From Minisyncoccota bacterium (GTDB taxonomy: Bacteria; Patescibacteriota; Minisyncoccia; Phycocordibacterales; PALSA-1337), in NCBI GenBank assembly GCA_028713005.1, contig JAQTPC010000001.1:33414-97413 (forward strand): 64,000 bases of DNA. The letters are read 5' to 3'. Below are positions 38,020 to 49,000 of the stretch, in pieces (the stretch's first letter is position 1; each line of letters begins with the position of its first letter). The position numbers were made by a program, and so were the translations under genes. The notes beneath the pieces were generated by a model, which saw only the letters and a list, made by a program, of their open reading frames with translations, was not told where the DNA came from and did no database searches.

Positions 38020-39008
38020 TACAAAACTCCTATTGCCTGTTTTACTTCCACCAATTTCTTATCAGCAATTTTTCCTGCTTGCTTAGCACCCTTTTCAAGT
38101 ATCTTCATGACTTTCTTTGGTTTCTTTACTAACTCTGCTCTACGTTCGCGCATAGGTTTGATGAAAGCGTCTATATCTTCAACAAGAGCGTCTTTCAAGG
38201 CTTTGTACTTGCCTTTATTCATATCATAGAGCTCGCGCAGTTTTTCTTCACTTTTGAAGAGCTTGTGAATGTTATATACGTTCATCGGCTTACCTCCATC
38301 TTCTGGTTTACCAGAGTCGGTGACAATAGACATGACTGCTTTGGTGATCTCTTCACGTGTAGCAAATAGTGGAATGGTATTACCGTAGCTCTTTGACATC
38401 TTACGACCGTCAACACCAGGTACAACAGCTACGTTTTCGAGTATGAGCGGTTCAGGGAGCTTGAAAATAAGATCCTCATATTCAGCGACATTCTTTGGTC
38501 CAAAAATATGATTGAACTTGAGAGCGATATCGCGAGCGTACTCTATGTGCTGTTTTTGATCCTGACCAACAGGCACAACATCAGTATTATATAAAAGGAT
38601 ATCCGCCGCCATGAGCACTGGGTAGTTGAATGTACCAACGTTAATCTCTTTGTCTTTTACTTCAGCGTCCTTGAAAGCATGAGCACGCTCGAGGTATGGA
38701 ACTGTGACAATAGTATCAAAAATCCATGCGAGTTCAGTATGAGCGGATATATCTGACTGTTTGAAAATAACAATCTTCTTTGGATCGAGTCCGACTGCGA
38801 GATAGTCGAGAGCGAGCTCAAAGGTAAGCTTTTTCATCTCATCCTTATTTTGGATAAAATTCAGTGCGTGATAGTCAGCGATCATGATAAGACATGAATA
38901 ATTGCCAGTGTTTTGCAAATCAACCATTTGCTTCATTGCACCAAAGTAATTGCCTATATGGGCTGAACCGGTAGGTTTGACCCCTGAGAGAAGGATTTTT
39001 TGTGACAT
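38019..39008 (-). CDS. trpS: Tryptophan--tRNA ligase
   Basis: HIGNYFG, YPVLMAADILLY, VPVGQDQKQH, KMSKS. Confidence 0.97.
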   Translation of the reverse strand: MSQKILLSGVKPTGSAHIGNYFGAMKQMVDLQNTGNYSCLIMIADYHALNFIQNKDEMKKLTFELALDYLAVGLDPKKIVIFKQSDISAHTELAWIFDTIVTVPYLERAHAFKDAEVKDKEINVGTFNYPVLMAADILLYNTDVVPVGQDQKQHIEYARDIALKFNHIFGPKNVAEYEDLIFKLPEPLILENVAVVPGVDGRKMSKSYGNTIPLFATREEITKAVMSIVTDSGKPEDGGKPMNVYNIHKLFKSEEKLRELYDMNKGKYKALKDALVEDIDAFIKPMRERRAELVKKPKKVMKILEKGAKQAGKIADKKLVEVKQAIGVL

Positions 39009-39095
39009 AGTGCTTATACTATAGCAAATTATCCTCTATAAAAAAATGGACACAGGATGTTCTGTATCCACTATAATCAGCTGATTTTAAAGTAA

Positions 39096-39815
39096 TTAAA
39101 TTGATGAAATCTGACTGGCTGAAAGTATACCTGTATAAATCTTAACGTCATCAATCATGCCATCAAAACCACGCGTATCATCCCAAGGACTATTACCTAT
39201 ACCGACTTCTGTACCAGAAACAGGTGTACCAGCGTTCCCCTGTACATTCAATGATCCATTTATGTAAATTGAAACGTCCCCTGATTCAGTGCGGGCAACA
39301 CAGATATGATTCCAACTTCCCGGAACTATTGTGCCGGTAGTTGAAACTGAATTAGTGCCTCCATCATTTGAGACAGTAAAATTGCCAGATACATTGAGTG
39401 AAACTGAAAATGCATTGTTACTGATGAGCACTACCCCTGCAGGAGTTGAGTTGACGTTATACTCTGCACATACAGTTACAGAACCAGTACCAATCACATC
39501 ATTTGGAATGAGAGCACGGTTATCTCCTCCGTCAAACGAGATTGCAGAACCCGAAATTCCAGGTGCCCAAACAGAATCATCGGACAATATTGCATCGTTG
39601 CTATTACCTGAACTATCATGGGAGATCAGTGATTCGATTTCATCAAATGAAAGTTCCACTATGAGGGATCCATCAGCAAGGACCGGTGCTGTATATACAA
39701 AAGGCTCAATGTCAGCAGTTGTATAATCAGCATGAGCATAAGCGGCAAAGCCAGCAAAGACTGAAATAAGCGCACATAAAAGGCTTTTGTTGAGGATAGA
39801 TAAATTGAAATTCAT
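39096..39815 (-). CDS. Exported LamG-like jelly-roll protein
   Basis: Signal peptide AYAHA; DSSGNSN, WNHICV, IYING, FDGMIDDVKIY..ILSASQI. Confidence 0.85.
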   Translation of the reverse strand: MNFNLSILNKSLLCALISVFAGFAAYAHADYTTADIEPFVYTAPVLADGSLIVELSFDEIESLISHDSSGNSNDAILSDDSVWAPGISGSAISFDGGDNRALIPNDVIGTGSVTVCAEYNVNSTPAGVVLISNNAFSVSLNVSGNFTVSNDGGTNSVSTTGTIVPGSWNHICVARTESGDVSIYINGSLNVQGNAGTPVSGTEVGIGNSPWDDTRGFDGMIDDVKIYTGILSASQISSI

Positions 39816-39885
39816 ACTATCCTTTTATCATGGATAGTATGAATTGTCAATGTAACTTATTAACTTGTGAGCAACTAAAATCGAA

Positions 39886-40344
39886 CTATTTCTTTACAGG
39901 AGTCTTGACAGATGTAGTTGTAGTAGCCTTCTGAAGAACTGGCTGTTGCTGGTTTTCAAGAGGAGCTGCCTGACTTTCTGTAGTAAGAGGTATAACAGCG
40001 ACAATCTTGTTTGTTGTTGCACGATACAAGATTGCTTGCATAGCAGAAGCGTAAACAAGAAGAATATCTCCGTTTTCAACATTCTTGAAGAATGGCTGAT
40101 TTACAAGACTGTCCTTGTTTGTGACTATAGAAATATTTGGTGTTTCGTTTTGTGGAACAACAATGAGCTTTTGAACATTGTTTATGATCTCAAGTGCTTT
40201 CTGTTGTGCTGCTGCGTTTGGATCTTTTACGAGATCAGCGTATTTGTTGTGATAATAGTATCCCATCGAATATCCTCCAGCAACGATAGCTACGAGAACT
40301 ACAATGAGAATTATTTTTACAAAAGAAGGGATTTTGGCGAGCAT
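39886..40344 (-). CDS. Membrane-anchored hypothetical protein
   Basis: N-terminal TM; VP.NETP, QPFFKNVENGDILLVY...AILYR..TNKIV. Confidence 0.75.
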   Translation of the reverse strand: MLAKIPSFVKIILIVVLVAIVAGGYSMGYYYHNKYADLVKDPNAAAQQKALEIINNVQKLIVVPQNETPNISIVTNKDSLVNQPFFKNVENGDILLVYASAMQAILYRATTNKIVAVIPLTTESQAAPLENQQQPVLQKATTTTSVKTPVKK

Positions 40345-40462
40345 AAAGATAAATTAGATAATTATTAAAGTCACTACAATAATGGGTAATGTGTCAGACT
40401 ATTATATCACAAGGAGAAAAAAATTCGTTCAAACACACGTGTGCATAAATCAATAATCCCCT

Positions 40463-43400
40463 TTAAAATGAACTTGGAAAATCAATTACTGGCACAACTA
40501 TTGGCTTTGGTGTAGTTGTAGTCTTTACTGGAGGCGTTACTGTTTTTGTTGGCGCAACTACTTTTACTGGACTCGAAACTGGTTGAACTGTTGGCGCTGC
40601 AACTCCAGTCAAAGCTGCTCGTGTACGAGGCCCAGTTGCTCCGTAACCATTTGTTGCGGGGCTGCCAGAACACACGCTTATTGTTGCACATTGGAATCTT
40701 TTGACAGCAGCATCAGTCGCTGGGCCGAAATAGGTAGTTTCAAAACCACTTGAACCATTTCCATAACTTGCAACTGTGTACCCTTTTGCATTCAAAAGTT
40801 TTTGAAGAGTTTTGACTTGCTGACCTGTAACACCAAGCGAAAGGTATGATGTCAGTGCTGTGCCACTAATCATATTTGTGACAGCTGGTATTGGTACCAT
40901 AGGAGTTATAGCACTAGTAACTATAGGAACGAGGAGTGGTGTGAGTGCTCCGTTCAAAACATCACGTGTGCGAGGTCCTGTTGCTCCATAGCCATTGGTT
41001 GTAGCACTACCATAACAAATTGAAAGAACTGCGCACTGGAATTTTTTGAGTGCAACCTCAGTTGCGGGACCAAAATACGTCGTTTCGTTTCCTGGTGTAC
41101 CAAGTCCTGAAGTTGCTATGTAATATTTATTTGCATTAAGGAATTCTTGAAGCGCTTTGACATCGAGACCAAGAGATCCGGCAGAGAGAGTTCGTGTGAA
41201 CTGAAACTTTCCAGCATTGACGAATGGTTTTATCGCAAGAGTTGCTGTAGCAACTTTTGGCGGTGTGATATACAGTAAACCACCACCTCCTCCGCCACCG
41301 CCCGAAGAACCGCCAGGTGAACCTCCCCCACTACTTGGAATACTGATTGTAACTGACCCTGATGAGCTAGCGGATATATTGCCTGCAGCGTCCTTTGCCC
41401 AAGCATATAGAGTCTTTGTGCCTTCAGTGCCAAAAACGTATGCAGTAGGTGCCGTACCAACCCAGCCGGTATCATTCACCGATGGTAAACTTATTGATTC
41501 ATTTAACAAATAGCTTGTCACAGCCACGTTATCTGTTGCTACAAATGTAGTGATCGGAACTGTCAGTGAACTTGCAGTAGTCGGAATAGAAAATCCAGTG
41601 ATAACTGGTGCGGTAGTATCAGGTATAACAACCTGTAGTGTAGTTGTTGAAAGTATAGTGCCTGTAGTCGTACCCAGTGCACTCACTGCATATGCTCGAA
41701 AATAGTAAACGGTATTTGGGGTCAGGCTAATAAGATTTTGTGTGAAATCGCCTGTGCCACTGAAAGCACCAAGTGACGTGGTAGCAATCACCGTTGAAAG
41801 GTTTGCAGATGTACCATACGCAAATCCATGTTGAGTTGCATTATTTCCACCCGTACTGCTAACGTTCGCATTTAAAGTCAACGTTGAAGTAGATACCGAG
41901 CTTGGAGCTGATGTGGTGAGAGCATAAGGATATATGATAGCCGTCTGAGCCCTGAATGCGACCGACCCCATCGCCCAGTATGGGCTAGAATTTCCACTCA
42001 TCTCAACAGAATACGTACCGGGTGCATTTATAATTTGATATTCAGTAGCACTCATTTGAACAGGCTCTTCGTTCAATACAGTAAAACCTAATCCCGGAGA
42101 TACAGGTGAACCACCGCCAGACTCATCAGAAAGACCCACAAAGATAAGACCTGCTGGGTCAGTCAGTGTCAGATCACCAGTAGACCACAACGCACCTGCA
42201 TTCGCACCAGTTGACGAAGCTACAAATGGATCTGTGGTATCTAATCCTGACCATTCAGAGATATGGAAACCAAGGTCATCATACCCACCCGTAAGACTCA
42301 CCGTAACAGTATCAGGTCCACCTATAATATTTTTTGCGTAATATAGATACACTTTTGAGTTATTTCCAGAATCTTTTTCCGATACTTTCACAAAGGTATT
42401 GCTACTCGAATCTTGAATCGTAACATCACCCGCTCCGGCATTTATATAGCTACTTACTGCAACCACAATCAAGTTGCCAGCTGTCGTGTTACTCGTAAAT
42501 GAAAGGCCAGTTGGACCTTTTCCTGTCGGATATACTGAGCGATTCTGCACAAGCGCAGGTGTACCGAGGAGTACCTGCGTCGGTGTTGTAGTAGAAAGAA
42601 TCGCACCAGTTGATGTACCCGCAGAGTTTACTGCGTAGGCACGAAAATAATAGGTGGTATTTTGCGTAAGACCAGTGATATTTTGAGAAAAATTGCCAGT
42701 GCCACTAAAAGCACCGAGTGATGTAGTGGCAATCACCGTTGAGAGATTTGCTGATGTACCGTAAGTAAATCCGCGTTGAGTTGCATCTTCTCCCCCAGTT
42801 GCACTGATATTTGCATTAAGTGTGAGGGCTGACGGCGTTACTGAACTTGGTGCTGAGGTAGTAAGAGTTGGAATAAAAACTGACTGTGCTGAAGTGGTGA
42901 ATGTTTGATCAGTTGTCGTAGCTGTACCCGCAGAATTAGTTGCGAATGCCCGGTAGTGATAGAGAGTTGACGGAGTAAGACCGCTGATTGATTTTGAAAA
43001 TGTTCCAGCGCCAAATGAACCCGTCGTTGATGCTGTAGAGCCATATGAAGTCGTTAAACCGTAATTAAAACCTACGTCAGTCGAAGCATCACCACCGTCA
43101 GCAGTAATTGTTGCATTCAAAGTAACGCTAGACGAAGTCAGTGAGGTCGGCGAAGATGTGGCGAGCGTTGGCACAGTTGCCGAACCAGTCGTTCTGAAAG
43201 TTAAATCAGTAGTTGTTGAGGTTGACGAAGCAGTATCAACAGAAACAATCTGAAAATGATAGGTCTGTGCCGAACTGAGACCAGTGATAGAAACACTGTG
43301 TGTAAGTGTCTTAGCTGATGTATATGTTGAAGAAGATGTATAAGATGCTGTGGCTCCATAATTAACCAATGTATCGGCTGACCTATCAGTGTTCCAGGTG

Positions 43401-46024
43401 ATAGTAGCACTTGTTGCACCAGTAGACGATGCGATTGATGAAATAATAGTTGGCGCATATCCCTCAGCAATATTTGCTACATTTGTGGCGAGTAAAGCGT
43501 GACCAGCACGGTTTGGATGGATATATTCTATCTCATAGGTTGTTGGTCCAAACTGATTGACTGCACCGAAAATATTTCCAATATTAAAATAATATACTTT
43601 GCTATCAGACGGATAAGCAGCTTGATATGCAGCTAGACCTGCCTGAATCTCGGTAGTAAATTCAGAATTAACGTTTAAGTCATTAAGGGACAGAAAAGAT
43701 GGCATCAAAAATATTTTTGTATTTGGTCCGAGTTGAGTACGAGATAGCGTAAGAAGCTCTTTCACCGATGTCGTAATATCTGTCTGATAATCATTTGCAC
43801 CTTGAGCGATGACAAAATAGTCGAGATCAGATGGAAGTGGTTGAGCGTGCTGAGAGTCAACATAATCGAACGTGGCAGTCACATATGGTCCTGCTCCTAT
43901 CGTTCTATATCCTTGTCCACTATAGGCTTTGATACCCACTTCAGCATCGAGCTTTTGTCCGAATAACATACCCCAACTATCTTGAACATATGTCTGCCCA
44001 GTTGTCGTATGATCGACACCACTTGCGTCTGCCTCAGCCGAGTATCCACGTGTGATAGAGTCTCCCAGTATCATCATGCGTTTTGGTCTCAAACCATCTG
44101 CATACGTAGGGGTTGAAATTGATTTTCCTGCTTCAATCTCCCATCCGGTAATCTTTACCAATGAATTTGCTGGCCAACTATCTTCAACGCCACCCTGTTC
44201 ATAATAAACTTGGGCCGAATGACTTCCGCTTGATAAACCGGTAGCAAGAGTCATCACTTGTGTACTGACACCTGATTCTGGTTGAAGTTGTGCTCGCTGC
44301 CACGCACCACCGTCAATTTTCCAGTTGATGAATGGATAATTTGAAAATGCAGCACCAGAACGAATCAGTGTACTGAGGTCCGCATCAAGCTTGAGTGTAC
44401 TACCTGTAAAAACAAATTTTGCTGAACTACCAGTATGCATCATCTGTACACCAGAACCACTATCATACGTATTGCCTGGAGAATAGATCACACGGCTGTC
44501 ATTCGCTGCGACTACATCTGTAGCTAATACAACGTTCAGTGTTGTTGATGTCGCATTGCTTGGGTCACTAATTGTCAACGTACCTGTAGATGGACCAGTA
44601 GCTATAGTGATGGACGCATGTGTTGCATCTGTAACGGTTTGTGATGATATGGAGGCACCACTCACACCAGAAACAGTAAACGTAGGACTACCTGGAGTAC
44701 CAGAAGTCCAACCTGTTGCATTACCGGTAAGCTGTACGACAGTCGAAGCTGATGTAGGAATCCTTGTTTTATTTGCTACTGATCCACCTGAACAAGGTAG
44801 TGTTGTGAAATACGTACTTGATGCAGTACCGCTACCGTTAGCATTGGTAGCGTAAGCTCGATAAAAATATGTCGAATTACACGTAAGTCCGCCGATGCTC
44901 TGGCTATATGCACCTGCAGTAAATGTGCCCGCAGTAGATGCGTCTAAACCATATGACGTGCTTGTACCGTAACTAAAACCCTTAACGGTGGTTGAATATT
45001 GAAAAGCGAAATCATTTGAAATAACCCCATTGAGCGTTGCGCCTGTCGCAGTGATACTAGTAACACTTTGATTTACTATTGCAGGAACAGGTACATACGC
45101 TAAACCGGAACTATAGTACCCCTTTGATCCATCTGGTGCATACCATAGTCTCCACTGTCCTCCTCCGCCACCCTGATACCAACTTCTACCTGCATCATCT
45201 GAGTAATATAGCGCTACATTTCCTAAAGCAAAAATATGAATACCATCATTCGACATTGCGAGATCATCCCAATTATTCATGCCTGCAAATTTTAACGCTG
45301 TCCAGTTCGCACCGTAATCAATTGATTTGTATATATAACTATCTCTCGTACCCACATACATAACACCACTATCACCTACTACAACCGAACTTCCCTTAGC
45401 AGTTACACTTGAAACCGTATTCCATGTTGCACCAGAATCCGAAGAAACATGGATACTTCCATCATTGCCAAAATCATTAATGGAAACCATTGTCGCTCCA
45501 TCAGGTGATATAGCAACAGATCCACCACCAGTACCGTTGAGCACAGTAGTCCACGTAGCACCAGAACTTGTAGAGACAAGTGTAGATCCCCCTGTTTGTA
45601 AAATGAGATTTGCTCCACTAGCTGATGAAGCGATCCTTTGCCAAGAGATACCTGCACCAAGTACAGTTGAACTTGCCCAAGTTGTTCCTCCGTCAGTCGA
45701 ATAATAGACATAATCAATACATTGAGACGAACAGGTCGTTGCCCATACTTTTTGCCCATCTGCTGATGCTGCTATGGCATGCGAGTACACATTCCAAGCT
45801 CTTGAACCACCACCAGTAAGTGACGTCCAGGTTTTTCCTGTATCAATTGATTTTTCGAGATAGCCAGAGTTACCGAAACTAAGCGTATTTCGATACATCA
45901 CCAACTCACTCGTTGCTGAAGTCAAACTGCTCGCCGAGACAAAAGTATTGTTAGCATGAGCGAACTGCGTACCAATAGCTGTAACAGCAAAAGTAAAAAT
46001 GAGATATGGGTAGAGCCTCTTCAT
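40463..46024 (-). CDS. Giant exported protein: BNR beta-propeller, FN3/Ig-like, SGNH esterase, FN3 repeats, two peptidoglycan-binding domains
   Basis: SxDxGxTW Asp-boxes; GDSIT, GANDY, EYIHPN; YGTS..Y...YFRAYA repeats; VK.LQ..LN...YFGPAT..A...FQ. Confidence 0.85.
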   Translation of the reverse strand: MKRLYPYLIFTFAVTAIGTQFAHANNTFVSASSLTSATSELVMYRNTLSFGNSGYLEKSIDTGKTWTSLTGGGSRAWNVYSHAIAASADGQKVWATTCSSQCIDYVYYSTDGGTTWASSTVLGAGISWQRIASSASGANLILQTGGSTLVSTSSGATWTTVLNGTGGGSVAISPDGATMVSINDFGNDGSIHVSSDSGATWNTVSSVTAKGSSVVVGDSGVMYVGTRDSYIYKSIDYGANWTALKFAGMNNWDDLAMSNDGIHIFALGNVALYYSDDAGRSWYQGGGGGQWRLWYAPDGSKGYYSSGLAYVPVPAIVNQSVTSITATGATLNGVISNDFAFQYSTTVKGFSYGTSTSYGLDASTAGTFTAGAYSQSIGGLTCNSTYFYRAYATNANGSGTASSTYFTTLPCSGGSVANKTRIPTSASTVVQLTGNATGWTSGTPGSPTFTVSGVSGASISSQTVTDATHASITIATGPSTGTLTISDPSNATSTTLNVVLATDVVAANDSRVIYSPGNTYDSGSGVQMMHTGSSAKFVFTGSTLKLDADLSTLIRSGAAFSNYPFINWKIDGGAWQRAQLQPESGVSTQVMTLATGLSSGSHSAQVYYEQGGVEDSWPANSLVKITGWEIEAGKSISTPTYADGLRPKRMMILGDSITRGYSAEADASGVDHTTTGQTYVQDSWGMLFGQKLDAEVGIKAYSGQGYRTIGAGPYVTATFDYVDSQHAQPLPSDLDYFVIAQGANDYQTDITTSVKELLTLSRTQLGPNTKIFLMPSFLSLNDLNVNSEFTTEIQAGLAAYQAAYPSDSKVYYFNIGNIFGAVNQFGPTTYEIEYIHPNRAGHALLATNVANIAEGYAPTIISSIASSTGATSATITWNTDRSADTLVNYGATASYTSSSTYTSAKTLTHSVSITGLSSAQTYHFQIVSVDTASSTSTTTDLTFRTTGSATVPTLATSSPTSLTSSSVTLNATITADGGDASTDVGFNYGLTTSYGSTASTTGSFGAGTFSKSISGLTPSTLYHYRAFATNSAGTATTTDQTFTTSAQSVFIPTLTTSAPSSVTPSALTLNANISATGGEDATQRGFTYGTSANLSTVIATTSLGAFSGTGNFSQNITGLTQNTTYYFRAYAVNSAGTSTGAILSTTTPTQVLLGTPALVQNRSVYPTGKGPTGLSFTSNTTAGNLIVVAVSSYINAGAGDVTIQDSSSNTFVKVSEKDSGNNSKVYLYYAKNIIGGPDTVTVSLTGGYDDLGFHISEWSGLDTTDPFVASSTGANAGALWSTGDLTLTDPAGLIFVGLSDESGGGSPVSPGLGFTVLNEEPVQMSATEYQIINAPGTYSVEMSGNSSPYWAMGSVAFRAQTAIIYPYALTTSAPSSVSTSTLTLNANVSSTGGNNATQHGFAYGTSANLSTVIATTSLGAFSGTGDFTQNLISLTPNTVYYFRAYAVSALGTTTGTILSTTTLQVVIPDTTAPVITGFSIPTTASSLTVPITTFVATDNVAVTSYLLNESISLPSVNDTGWVGTAPTAYVFGTEGTKTLYAWAKDAAGNISASSSGSVTISIPSSGGGSPGGSSGGGGGGGGLLYITPPKVATATLAIKPFVNAGKFQFTRTLSAGSLGLDVKALQEFLNANKYYIATSGLGTPGNETTYFGPATEVALKKFQCAVLSICYGSATTNGYGATGPRTRDVLNGALTPLLVPIVTSAITPMVPIPAVTNMISGTALTSYLSLGVTGQQVKTLQKLLNAKGYTVASYGNGSSGFETTYFGPATDAAVKRFQCATISVCSGSPATNGYGATGPRTRAALTGVAAPTVQPVSSPVKVVAPTKTVTPPVKTTTTPKPIVVPVIDFPSSF

Positions 46025-46081
46025 TACCCTTCATTATAACTTATGATAAGACTAAAACAACCGATATTTAAAATGTTTCCC

Positions 46082-49000
46082 TTAGAAATTGAAATTGATA
46101 CTTGGTACAACCACTGGCTTTACAGTTGTTGTTTTAACAGGCACCGTTGCTGTAGTCGGAGTTTTTGTTGGAGTAGGTACACTAGCTGGAGTAACGGTAT
46201 TTGTCTGAGTGACTGGCGCAGTCGTACCACCCAATGCTGCACGAGTACGAGGACCTGTCGCACCATAACCAGTTGTCAGCGGTGAACCTGAACATACAGA
46301 AAGTACTGCACACTGGAATTTCTGAAGCGCTACCTGTGTAGATGGACCAAAATATGTAGACTCATTTCCAACTGACCCATTACCTGATGTGGCTATAGTG
46401 TATCCTTTAGCATTCAAAATCTTTTGTAGTGTTTTAACTTGTTGACCAGTTGTGCCCAAGAACAGATATGAAGTAAGTGCACTACCCGAAGAAGTGGTTG
46501 TTACGGACCCTGTCGCACTAACATTAGAACGACTCGCACGATATTGAGCTACAGCATTTGCTGTTAACTGACCGTAGTAGCCAGTAGCATAAACTGAAGA
46601 CAGGTAGCCACCTGCTATGAGATATTTTTGCAATGTGAGTACAGCAGTTGAGCGAGAACCGAATTCAAGGTTGAGGTATGCAGTCGGGATAGAACCAGTT
46701 GTTGGCGGAACAATTGTTGTTGTTACTGGTGCTGAAATATTTTGTATAACAGTATTCGCACTGCCTGCGTCGAATTTTGCAAAAACAGACATTGAGGATG
46801 ACAAGGTAACGGTACAAGTTGATGTGGCAAACGATGCGCAACCGCTCCATGATGTTAGATGTGAATATTTGTCTGGAATAGCAGTCAAAGTAATCTTTGA
46901 ACCGGCATAGAATGCCGAAGTACACTTTGAGCTACAGAGTATACCTGAAGGGTTTGAAGTTGTAGTACCATGACCTGTTCCGGTAGTTTGGATAGTAAGA
47001 CTATAGTATGTTCCCCCGCCCCCTCCGCCACCACCGCTATAGACGACAGGGTTACCTCCGCTCGTACTACAAGCAGATGTGGTAAATGTTCCATCACTTG
47101 TAACTCCAGTTCCTGAGAAATTTATTGCATATGCTTGGTAATGGTAAGTAGTGCCACACGTGAGGCCGGTGAGTGTTTTTGAGAATGCCCCTGTATTGAA
47201 ATGTCCCGAAGTAGATGATGTTGCAGAATAATCCACCGTTGCACCGTACCTGAAACCAAGTTCAGTCACACTGCTACCACCTGTAGTGTCCACATTTGCA
47301 TTAAGATCAGCACCTGTCTGAGTTATTGTCCCAATCGTTGATACTGAAACAGTAGGAGGAACAACACTTACACAGTCAGTTGTATTAAATGTTTGATCTG
47401 AGCTTGATGCAGTCCGTTGTACATAACTACCAGTTGCACCATCAAAATTGCGAGCATAGAACATATAATGATATGTAGTGCCACATGACAAATCATTGAT
47501 AGTTGCCGTCACCGCTGCATCAGTATTATTTAAACTTGCATCAAGAGTTCCTGAGAAATCAGTTGAACTTGCATATGCTGTGTCAGTGCCATATTTGAAA
47601 CCACGCTGATTGATGAAACTTCCTCCTGTATAGAGAACTGAAGCGTTAAATGTTACATCTGACGCTGTTATACCTGTGGCTGTAGGTGTTGATATTGTTG
47701 GGGCAACGACTGGCACACTCGAAGAAGCGTATATCATTTTAATATACTGTTTTTCCGCTGTATTAAACCAAGAATTAAACAATGTGACGCTACCGTGTCT
47801 GACCGCATTTACCAGCTCCCAGTAATGATCCACGAGTTCAGGAGTGACTTCGTTGTTTGAGTTGACTGCAACCGCAGCCTCGGGGTAAATATCACCGATA
47901 TTACCTATCGTTCCAGGCCCACCATAAAATCCCTGAAGTCGTGTGTACTTGAATGGTATACCAACGGTATACTCAAGAAGTGTCGTGTTCTCAGGCATGA
48001 GCAATACATCGGGGATATCCTGGTGAACCTGAATCATGTCAGTTCCCGCAATCCAATCGGTACTATCGATATAGAATATGGTAACACCCCATCGACTCTT
48101 GGCATAGTTAATCTTATCCTTGAGTAACTGAATGCGAGCCGCAGTATCAGTCACATACTGCTGACTTGGGCGCACGCCGTAAATGCCATATAGTCCACCC
48201 CCACCACAACCAAGATTTGCATCACCGGGATCATATACGATTTGATCTGGACGTATTGTAATACCTGCTCTGAGTCCATTATCAAGTATCTTATGGAAAG
48301 CTGCATCAATAACATTCATTGAGGTACTCGAATAATTTGCACTTGGATTCGTAGTACTCGAATACACGTAGTTAACTTGCGTATCCCATTCAGGTGCAAA
48401 ACGAGGATCTTCAGCGTAGCGAGGATCACCTATGTATGATGTACAATGCGGCCAACGTTGTCCTTCGAGATCCCACAAGATGACACCTTGACCATTAACT
48501 TCTTTTACATTTGCAATATCCGCATCAATGCGTGCCAGCATCTGTGTCGCCCAGGCTTGTCTACCTTCTGGTGTAGTCACGTCGACACTTCCCGGATCAA
48601 TGCCATTCGAGAACCAACCATTCATATTTTTTGAAAAATCAGATGCGCAACCATTTACAATTGGACAAGGTGGTGAAGACAAGAAATCAGTACCTATAGG
48701 TCGGCGATCTGACCAAAAATTTTGCATCGGATACTGTGCTGTCCATGCTGAAATCACTTCGGGTACAGCCTCAAGTAGACTGGTACCGAGTGGGTAAAAC
48801 TTGATTGCATTTGTAGCAGTAACAGTCGTACCATGTGGCACACTTCCTATGGAAGTCGAGAGTAGGCACCATGGTGTTGGGCTGCCACAGTCACCTGTGA
48901 CTTTATTCGTATTTACTAAAAAGAGTTCACCAAAAGTAGTATTAAAACCCCAAATGTTAGGGTAATCTCCCGCTTGGCTTGTCGGCAATGAATCACCTGT

